A stretch of DNA of 40,129 nt from positions 1 to 40,129 of the forward strand of contig SXHR01000078.1 of the NCBI GenBank assembly GCA_005773625.1, given 5' to 3'. Under the pieces are notes generated by a model. That model was given only the letters and a program-made list of their open reading frames with translations, was not told where the DNA came from and did no database searches. The stretch is from Planctomycetaceae bacterium. Lineage in GTDB: Bacteria > Planctomycetota > Planctomycetia > Pirellulales > UBA1268. The first letter of the stretch is position 1, and every line of letters starts with the position of its first letter. Below are positions 26,071 through 35,200 of this stretch, in pieces. Both the position numbers and the translations under genes were made by a program.

Positions 26071-26853
26071 ATGATCGCCGCGGATTCCGCCGGTAGATCC
26101 TTCGAGAGTCCCGCCAGCCGCTCCGGGGAGCACGGGCAGGCGCCGCTGCGAGGTCTGTCGCGCATGGACCGCGAAGCGCTCGCGCTGGCCACCGGCACGA
26201 TGGTTCAGTATTCCGGCGAGGAGGTGGCGGAGCTTCGCCTGGCGGAAGAGACTGCGGTGCTGCGTGCCCAGCCCCACGGTCATCGGCTCGGGGATCTGAA
26301 CGGCCTCAACGTCGGCTGCGGCGACAGGCTCGTCCACGCCGCGCTCCTCGGCGTCGATGTCCGCGAGGGTGCGTGGGGCACGGGGGTCGATTCGCCGCAG
26401 TCGCATGTCTCGCGGGCCCGTGTCCGCGCCTGGCCGGACGATCTTCCGTTCCGTGCCGCGTCGATCGACTTCATCGTCGCGCTCCACGTGCTCGTCTACG
26501 ACCCCGATCCCGTGGCGACGGTGCTGCACTGGCTCGACATCGTCAAGCCGGGCGGCGGCGTCGGCATCGTCGTGCCCGACTGGCGGTATACCTGGGACGC
26601 CCGCAACGACCAGCATGCGTGGAGCCATCGCTGGAATCCGACACCGCGGCTGCTGCGGACGTTGCACGAGCGGCACTGGGCCGCTGTGGCCGATCTCGAA
26701 CAGATCGACACCTATCCCCAGCGCCTGTCGTTCGACATCGTCCTCAGGAAGAAGGGCACGTTCGTGCCGCTCGACAAGCAGCAGCGGGCGGAGCGACCCA
26801 CGGGCCGGGAACTTCACGAGAGCAACCGCTTTCCCGGCGGAGATCCTGCATGA
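26071..26853 (+). CDS. Class I SAM-dependent methyltransferase
   Basis: LNVGCG, GVD, LPFRAASIDFIVALHVL, VKPGGGVGIVVPD; start uncertain. Confidence 0.82.
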   Translation: MIAADSAGRSFESPASRSGEHGQAPLRGLSRMDREALALATGTMVQYSGEEVAELRLAEETAVLRAQPHGHRLGDLNGLNVGCGDRLVHAALLGVDVREGAWGTGVDSPQSHVSRARVRAWPDDLPFRAASIDFIVALHVLVYDPDPVATVLHWLDIVKPGGGVGIVVPDWRYTWDARNDQHAWSHRWNPTPRLLRTLHERHWAAVADLEQIDTYPQRLSFDIVLRKKGTFVPLDKQQRAERPTGRELHESNRFPGGDPA

Positions 26854-28004
26854 TGTCAGCCGTCCACACCCCGGGCAGTCCACCGCTCGTCATCACCGGC
26901 ATGCACCGGTCGGGCACGTCCCTGCTCGCGTCGCTGTTCGCCAGTGCGGGGGTGTCGCTGGGTACGCGGCTGATCGGCGCCTCCCGCGGCAACGACCGCG
27001 GGCACTACGAAGATCTCGACTTTTACGACTTTCATGCCGCGGCCCTCGAAGCCAATGGCCTGCGCGCCGAGGGTTTCGCGTGTGTCGATGAGATCGGCGT
27101 GCCACCAGCGATGCGGGAATCCGCGGCGACGCTCGTCGCAGGGACGGCCGCGGCGGGAGAGATCTGGGGCTGGAAGGATCCCCGGACCTCGCTGTTTCTC
27201 GACTTCTGGGGGGAGGTCCTTCGGGAGGCGAGGTTTGTGTTCGTGTTCCGGAGCCCGTGGGAGGTCGTCGACTCGCTGTTTCGCCGGGGCGACCAGACGT
27301 TCACCGTCAATCCCGCGGCCGCCGCCCGCGTCTGGCTGCATTACAACCGCCGCATCGTGGACTTCTACAGGCGGAACCACTCGCGGAGTGTTCTCGCCGA
27401 GGTGACAGAGGTCGTCGCGTACCCCTCCGCCCTCTTCGCCAGCGTGCGTCAGCGGCTGGGCGTGGCGGTGGGTGAACCGCTCCCCCGTTATGAAGAACGG
27501 CTTCTCGTCCGCGACGGCCTTGGTCGCCGCGAGGCCATCATCGCCGCTCTGCTCCCCGAGGCGATCGAGCTCTATGCGGAGATGCGGCGGCTCACGGGCC
27601 AGCCGGCACGGACGCAGCCCCAGCATGCGGATGCCGCCGCCGTGGCCGCCGAGCATGCGATCGGGGAGTGGTCGCGGGCGGCGATCGCCGAAGACGGCGG
27701 CCGTCGGCTCGAGGCCGAGAACGTCGCCGCTCGTGAGGCCCTCCGGGCAGCCGAAGCAAGGTGCGCGGCACTCGATCTCGAAAAGCGAGCGATCGAGGGG
27801 AGGCTCCGCGAGGTTCAGGATGTCCGAGAGGCCCTCGCCGCCCAGGTGCGCGAGAGGGTCCTCGAGGAATCGCGGCAGGCGCGACATGGGGAAGCCGTGT
27901 GGGCCGAGCGGGCCCAAGCCCGCACCGCCCCAGCCGCCCCGGAAGACCGGAGTTCAGTCGGCGGGTGGACGTCCCGCGACAGCACCGGGGCCGATCATTC
28001 GTAG
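26850..28004 (+). CDS. Sulfotransferase-family protein with C-terminal coiled coil
   Basis: ITGMHRSGTS (5'-PSB loop), NDRGHYED, WGWKDPRT, FRSPWEVVDSL (3'-PB); heptad-rich tail; ATGA overlap with the MTase stop. Confidence 0.82.
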   Translation: MMSAVHTPGSPPLVITGMHRSGTSLLASLFASAGVSLGTRLIGASRGNDRGHYEDLDFYDFHAAALEANGLRAEGFACVDEIGVPPAMRESAATLVAGTAAAGEIWGWKDPRTSLFLDFWGEVLREARFVFVFRSPWEVVDSLFRRGDQTFTVNPAAAARVWLHYNRRIVDFYRRNHSRSVLAEVTEVVAYPSALFASVRQRLGVAVGEPLPRYEERLLVRDGLGRREAIIAALLPEAIELYAEMRRLTGQPARTQPQHADAAAVAAEHAIGEWSRAAIAEDGGRRLEAENVAAREALRAAEARCAALDLEKRAIEGRLREVQDVREALAAQVRERVLEESRQARHGEAVWAERAQARTAPAAPEDRSSVGGWTSRDSTGADHS

Positions 28005-28825
28005 CCCGCTCGGGCCGCAATCGACGCGAGCCGGGGCCTCGACTCCTCCCAGAGACGTTCGAAGAGCGCTCTGAGCCAGGTGGGCAGGGTGGCCGGTGAC
28101 TCCCGCAGGCCGTTCACCCGCGGATGCGAGTCGGGAGTGACGACGCCGAGCGTCCGTCGGAGCGTTTCCCGGCCCCCGGCGACATTCTCGATCCGCACGG
28201 CCACGACACGACCGGTTGACTCGGCGAGGTCGAGGAGCCGCGTCGTGGTGCCGCCCCACCGCTCGGACTGTGCCGCGTAGGCGGCCTCGGCCTCGGCCGG
28301 GTTCGCGGCGGCCCGTTCGAGCGCCGCGGGATACCAGGCCTGCATCGCGCTCTCGAGGGTCGAACGCGGATGCCTCAGGGTGTGGATGATCGTGCCGCCG
28401 GGAAACAGCTCGAGCAGAAGCTCGGGCGTCTGGTCCCGGAATCCATACTGGATCTCCTTGAAACCCCAGCGGGTCTTGCCGGGCGGGAGCGCGAGCTGCA
28501 TGAGCTCGACGATGAGTCCGCGGAGATGGTCGTCGAAGGCCGTGGCGTCGAATCCGTTTGCCCATGCAAGGCCCGGGGCGCTTTCGGCCGTCGGCTGCTC
28601 GGCATCGACCGGCGTCAGCGGCCGGCCGGCATGCATCTGAAACGCCTCGCAGTTGCGGAGCAGCCCGCGGGCCCGGGCGAACGTCCGCAGCATGCCGGCA
28701 TGCTCGCCCCAGATCCAGATGTCGGCCGAGCGGCAGAGGAGCGTCTGCCAGAAGGTGGACCCGCACCTGCCTGTCCCCAGCAGGAAGAGCGGGCGGCCGG
28801 AGTTGGTGGCGTCGAGAGCGGGCAT
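27995..28825 (-). CDS. Sulfotransferase-family protein
   Basis: FLLGTGRCGST, IWGEH, RWGFKEI, LRHPRSTLES; start MPALDA at 28825. Confidence 0.8.
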   Translation of the reverse strand: MPALDATNSGRPLFLLGTGRCGSTFWQTLLCRSADIWIWGEHAGMLRTFARARGLLRNCEAFQMHAGRPLTPVDAEQPTAESAPGLAWANGFDATAFDDHLRGLIVELMQLALPPGKTRWGFKEIQYGFRDQTPELLLELFPGGTIIHTLRHPRSTLESAMQAWYPAALERAAANPAEAEAAYAAQSERWGGTTTRLLDLAESTGRVVAVRIENVAGGRETLRRTLGVVTPDSHPRVNGLRESPATLPTWLRALFERLWEESRPRLASIAARAGYE

Positions 28826-29108
28826 CGGTGACTCGCAACAATCTACGAGGGGCGGCTGCGGGGAGGAAGTGTCCCATTCGTCGTCGCTGCGGCCGAAGTC
28901 CGTGTTTGCAGGCTTCCCCGCGATGCTCCGCCGACCTTTTGGAGGCATTTGCTTGCGGCTGAAGCGGCTCCCTATGAATCCACCGACGGGTGACCGACAG
29001 GCGGCTTCGTGACCGCCGCCGGGCGCCGCGTCGTGACTGAACCACAACCTACGAGTCGGAAAACGAGTGGAGGGATTGCCCCGGCATGGGGTGCTCCCGC
29101 CCATCGTC

Positions 29109-29160
29109 AGCCGGCGTGAGTCGATGCCCCCGGGCATCCCTTCACGCCGGCTTTTTTGTT
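29109..29160 (+). terminator. Intrinsic terminator in the leader of the giant adhesin gene
   Basis: agccggcgtga/tcacgccggct 11-bp stem enclosing a gatgccc/gggcatc inner stem, followed by tttttgtt. Confidence 0.8.
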
Positions 29161-29212
29161 GCCCACAGCACGAGAGCACGAGCACTGCCCACAGCCCGAG
29201 CACGCCGAGCAC
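29160..29212 (+). repeat. Degenerate ~26-nt tandem duplication with five AGCAC units before the RBS
   Basis: tgcccacagcacgagagcacgagcac / tgcccacagcccgagcacgccgagcac. Confidence 0.6.
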
Positions 29213-29225
29213 GAGGAGCCCGCCG

Positions 29226-32200
29226 ATGAACCTGCTTGCCACCCCCTTCGCCCGCCGCACGTCGCGTTTTGCCCGGAGAACCGCCCGAACGACCGCGCCG
29301 CGCCGCCCGAGCCTCGACCGTGCCGAGCAACTCGAACGTCGCGACCTGTTGGCGATCGTCGCCGGCGGCGTCGAGCGGACGACGCCCGACGACTTCTTCA
29401 CCGACTTCAGCGTGGGCATGACCTCCCAGTACACCGCCTACACGATCGCCAACGATGCGAGCGGCCCGGCGACCGACGTCTGGGTGAAGGCCTTGTTTCC
29501 GGTCGGCAGCCCGGTGGGCGTCGGATCCGGCTACAACAACGAGGACGGTCTCTATCGAGTCGGCACGCTGGCCCCCGACACGAGCGGCACGGCGTTCCTC
29601 TATTTCACGGCCAACGCGCTCTCCGCCACGCCCGTGCCCTATTCGATCGAGGTCTATGCCGGTGAGCCGGGCAACGGTGGATCGCTCCTGGTCACCAAGC
29701 CGTTTTCCCTGACGACCGTCGTCAACACGCTGGCCGCGGAGCCCAACAAGGTCGACACGGTCGCCTACTCCCCCGCAAATCCCCAGATCGGCGACACGCT
29801 CACGCTCTCGGTCACCGGACGGCTCGGCAACGGGGCCAACCGCGTGCTGTTCGCGCCGGCCTCGGCGACCAGCTGGGAGCCGGACGTGTTCGAGCTGCGA
29901 TCAACGAGCCACACGATTTCGGGCATTCCCCAGACGCCCGACGGGCTCTTCTACGACGGGCTCACCGACCTCGTGAACCAGCAGCCGTTCACGAGCACGT
30001 ACGACTTCCTGATCACGCGGCAGTCGGCCACCTCCACACTCACGTCGCCGACGCAGTTCACCCAGGATGGCGCGCAGGCCTGGAAGCACCACAAGCCCGA
30101 CGCGACGCCGTTTCCCACGATCCCTCCAATCCCCCCGCTGCTGACGCTCACGAAGAGCGACGGGGTGACGACCTACACTCCCGGCGGCACGACGACCTAC
30201 ACGATCGTGCTCTCCAACACCGGCGCGGGAGCCGCGTCGGGCGTCGTGGTGAGCGATATCCTGCCTCCCCAGTTGAACGCCGCGACGACCAGTTGGTCGG
30301 TCTCCTACAGCAACGCCAGCGGCACGCTGCCGGCAAATGGCTCGGGCAACATCGGTGGCACCGTCAATCTCGCGGCCCTGAACGGCGTGATCACGATCAC
30401 GATCAACGCGGTGATCCTCTCGGGCGCGGTCGGCGACCTGACCAACACCGTGACGGCGACGGTATCGGGGAGCACCGTGATCGCCACCGACACCAACACG
30501 GCCGCACCGCTGGCCAACCTCACGATCACGAAAACCGACGCGACGAGCACGGTGCTCGCCGGCGGCGGCACGATCCAGACCTACACGCTGCGGGTGCGGA
30601 ACGACGGCCTCTCCGACGCCCGCAATGTCGTGGTCAACGACGCCTGGCCCACCGGGTTCCAGCAGGGCACGCTCGGCACGCCGACACTGGGGAGCGTCAT
30701 CGCCGGCATCGGGGGCAACTTCGTCTGGACGTTGGGCACGCTCGTGGCCGGCGGTGAGGCCACACTGACGGTGACCTACACGGTGCCGGCGTCCACGCTG
30801 CCCGGCACCTACGTCAACTCGGCGACGGTGACGAGCACGACGCCCGACACCAATCCGATCGACACCGCGACGGACTCGACCGACGTCGTCACGTCGGCGA
30901 ATCTCGCGATCACGAAGACCGACCTCACCAGCACGGTGCTCGCCGGCGGCGGCACGGTCCAGACCTACACCCTGTCGGTCACCAACAACGGCGCGTCCGA
31001 CGCCCAGGATGTCGTCGTCAACGACGTCTGGCCGGCGGGATTCACCCAGGGTGCGTTCGGGCCGATCAGTCATGGCACCGTCGTGCCGGGGGCGGGGGGC
31101 AACTTCGCCTGGTCGGTCGGCAAGCTCGTGTCCGGCGGGACGGCGACGCTCCAGGTCTCCTACACCGTGCCGGCGAGCACGCCGCCCGGGGTCTTCACCA
31201 ACACCGCGACGGTCACGAGCGTTACCCCCGATCCGGTGCCCGGCAACAACACCGCCAGCGACACGACGACCGTGACGGCCGCGGCGAATCTCACGATCGA
31301 GAAGTCCGACGCGACCACGACGGTGACCGCGGGCGGCGGCACGGTGCAGATCTACACGCTCACGGTCCGGAATCTCGGCGCCTCGGACGCGCAGAGCGTG
31401 GCCGTGAACGACGTCTGGCCCATCGGCTTCCAGCAGGGGACGGTCGGCACGCCGAGCCAGGGATCCGTGACGTCCGGCGGCGGCAACTTCGCCTGGTTGC
31501 TCGGGACGGTTCCCGCGGGGGGCGTGGCGACGCTGCAGGTCGCCTACACGGTGCCGGCGAGCACGCTGCCCGGCACCTACACCAACACCGCGACGGTGAC
31601 CAGCACCACGCCCGACCCCGATCCGAACAACACGGCCGTCGATCTCACCGACGTCATCGCCTCCGCGAATCTCACGATCACCAAGGATGACGGCGTCACG
31701 AGCGTGCTCGCCGGCGGCGGCACGATGCAGACCTACACGCTGCGGGTGAGAAACAACGGCGTCTCCGACGCCCAGGCCGTCGTGGTCAACGACACCTGGC
31801 CTGCCGGCTTCACGCGGGGTGCGTTCGGGATCCCGAGCAAGGGCAACGTCGCGTCGGGGCCGGGCAGCAACTTCACGTGGACGATCGGCACCCTCGCGGC
31901 GAACGCCGAGGCCGTGCTCACCGTGAACTACACGGTGCCGGCGGGCACGCTGCCGGGCAGCTACACCAACACGGCCAGCGTGACGAGCAGCACGCCCGAT
32001 CCCGATCCGGCCAACACGGCGACCGACACGAACACCGTGACGACGTCCGCGGACCTCAGAATCGCGAAGACCGACTCGGCGTCGATCGTGACGGCGGGTG
32101 ACGGCGTGATCCACAACTATCTGCTCACCGTGACGAACCTCGGCGTGTCGGACGCGCAGAACGTGTCGGTGAGCGACCTGTGGCCGGATGGCTTCGCGCA

Positions 32201-35200
32201 GTCCGGCTTCGGTTTGCCCAGCCAGGGCTCGGTGGCGGCGGACGTCGGAGGGGATTTCACGTGGTCGATCGGCACGCTTTCCGCGGGGGGCGTCGCGACG
32301 CTCGTCGTGTCGTATACGGTGCCGTCGACCACCATCCCCGGTCCGTACGTCAATATGGCCACGGTGACGAGTTCCACCTTCGATCCCGATCCCGACAACA
32401 CGGCGATCGACACCACGACCGTGATCGCGATGCCCGATCTCTCGATCACGAAAACAGACGGCGTGGCCACGGTCGTCGCCGGCGGCGGCACGGTTCAGAC
32501 CTACACGATCACCGTGCTGAATAGCGGTGTCTCCGTCGCGCGGGGCGTCGTCGTCACCGACGACTGGCCCGCCGACTTCACGCCTGACACGGTCGGGACC
32601 CCCAGCCTTGGGTTCGTGACGACCGGCGTCGGGGGCGATTTCATCTGGTCGGTCGGCACGCTCCCGGCCGGCGGCAGCGCCACGCTCACGGTCACCTACA
32701 CGGTGGCGGCGAACGTTCTGCCCGGCCCGCGGACCAACACCGCGACGGTGACGAGCACCGACGATCCCGAGCCCCACACCGCCTCCGACACCACCACCGT
32801 GCTGACGTCGGCCGACCTGATCGTCGCGAAGACCGACTTCACGACGACGGCCACGGCCGGCGACGGCGTGGTGCGGACCTACCTGATCCGCGTCCGCAAC
32901 GGCGGCGTGTCGGATGCCCAGGGCGTGGTGCTCACCGACGCGTGGCCGCTCGGATTCGATCAGACGACCATCGGGATGCCGAGTCAGGGCTCCGTGAACG
33001 CCGGCCCCGGCAGCGATTTCACCTGGTCGATCGGCACGCTGCCCGCGGGCGTGCAGGTGACGCTCCAGGTGTCGTACGTCGTTCCCTCGGACACGCTGCC
33101 GGGGGCGTACGTCAACACCGCGACCGTGACGAGCCAGACGCCCGACCCCTTCGACAACAACACCATCAGTGACACCACCACCGTCGTGACGTCGGCCAAC
33201 CTCACGATCACGAAGGACGACGGCGTCACGACCCTCCTCGCCGGCGGCGGCACGACGCAGACCTACACGCTGACGGTGCGAAACCTCGGCGACTCCGACG
33301 CTCGCGACGTGGCGGTGAACGATGTCTGGCCTGCCGGCTTCGCGCAGACCGGCTTCAGCCTGCCGAGCCAGGGCACGGTGATTCCCGGCACGGGAGGCGA
33401 CTTCGGCTGGACGCTCGGGACGCTCGCCAAGGGCGGGGTCGCCACGCTCACGGTGACCTACATGGTGCCGGCGGGCACGCTGCCGGGTTCCTTCACCAAC
33501 ACGGCCACGGTGACGAGCACGACGCCCGATCCGGTCGGCGACAACACGGCGACCGACATCAACACCGTGACGGCCCTCTCGAATCTCGTGATCACGAAGG
33601 ACGACGGCGTCACGAGCGTGCTCGCCGGCGGCGGCACGATCCAGACCTACACCATCCGGGTGCGGAACACCGGCGCCTCCGACGCCCGTGACGTCGTGGT
33701 GGCCGATGACTGGCCGAGCGGCTTCGCGCCGGCCGGGGCGCCCACGACGAGCCAGGGCATGGTGACGTCGGGGTCGGGCGGGGACTTCAGCTGGGCCGTC
33801 GGCACCATCGCCGCCAATGCCGAGGCGACGCTGACCGTCACCTACACCGTTCCTGCGGCCACGCCGCCGGGCGTCTATGTCAACACGTCCACCGTGACGA
33901 CCTCCACGCCCGACGCCAACCCGACCGACACCGCGACCGACTCGACCGCCGTGACGGCGCTCGCCGATGTCTCGATCACCAAGACCGATCTCGTGACCAG
34001 CGTCACGGCCGGCGGGGGCACCACGCAGACCTACACGATCCGCGTCAGAAATAACGGCCTCGGGTTCTCCGACGCGCAGGATGTGGTCGTGACCGACAAC
34101 TGGCCCGATGGGTTCACGCAGGGGGCGTTCGGCCTGCCCAGCCAGGGCATGGTGACGGCGGGCGTGGGGGGCGACTTCACCTGGTCGCTCGGCACACTCG
34201 AGCAGGATGCGGAGGCGACGCTGACGGTCACCTACACCGTGCCGGCCAGTACGCTCCCCGGGGTCTACACCAACACCGCCAGCGTGACGAGCAGCACCCC
34301 CGACCCCGATCTCAACAACACCGCGACCGACTCGACCACCGTGGTCGCCTCCGCCGATCTGATCGTCGCCAAGACCGACTTCGCGACGACGGTGGCGGCC
34401 GGCGACGGCATCGTGCACACCTACCTGATCCGGGTCCGCAACGGTGGCGTGTCGGATGCGCAGGGCGTGCTCCTCACCGACGCGTGGCCGGCCGGGTTCA
34501 CGCAGGGGGCGTTCGGTCTGCCGAGCCAGGGGACGGTGACGCCTTCGGGCAGCGGCAACTTCTCCTGGGACATCGGCACGCTGGCCGCGGGCGTGCAGGT
34601 GACCCTCGAGGTCTCCTACACGGTGCCGTCCACGACACTGCCGGGCGTCTACACCAACACGGCCTCCGTGACGAGCGACACGCCCGACCCGTTCGGCCCC
34701 AACACGGTGAGCGACAACACGACGGTCGTATCCGTCGCCGATCTCTGGGTGACGAAGGTCAACGGCGCGGCGCCCTACACACCCGGCACGGCACTGACCT
34801 ACACGATCACCGCCGGCAACTTCGGCCCGAGCACGGTCTTCGCGACGACGGTCAGCGATCCGCTGCCGGAGAAGACGACGCTCGTGTCGGCCAGCGGCGG
34901 GGCGACCTACGACCCGGTGACGCGGACGGTGACATTCCCGGTGGGCGTGCTGGCCCCCGGCGCGACGCAGGTCTTCACGTTGACCGTGCTCACCGACCCG
35001 GACCGGACAGGACCGCTCGAGAACACCGTGACGGTCGCGGTGCCCCCGGGCGTCACCGACCCCGATCTCTCCAACAACACGTTCACCGATCCCGCCGGCG
35101 CCGAGCCGGTCTCCGATCTCTGGATCACGAAGGTCGACGGCGATGCGCCGTACACGCCGGGCACCTCGCTCACCTACAAGATCACCGCCGGCAACTTCGG

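Noticed and set aside
28826-29434. Long upstream extensions of the sulfotransferase and adhesin ORFs
   Set aside because: They overlap each other and the leader terminator; better starts are at 28825 and 29226
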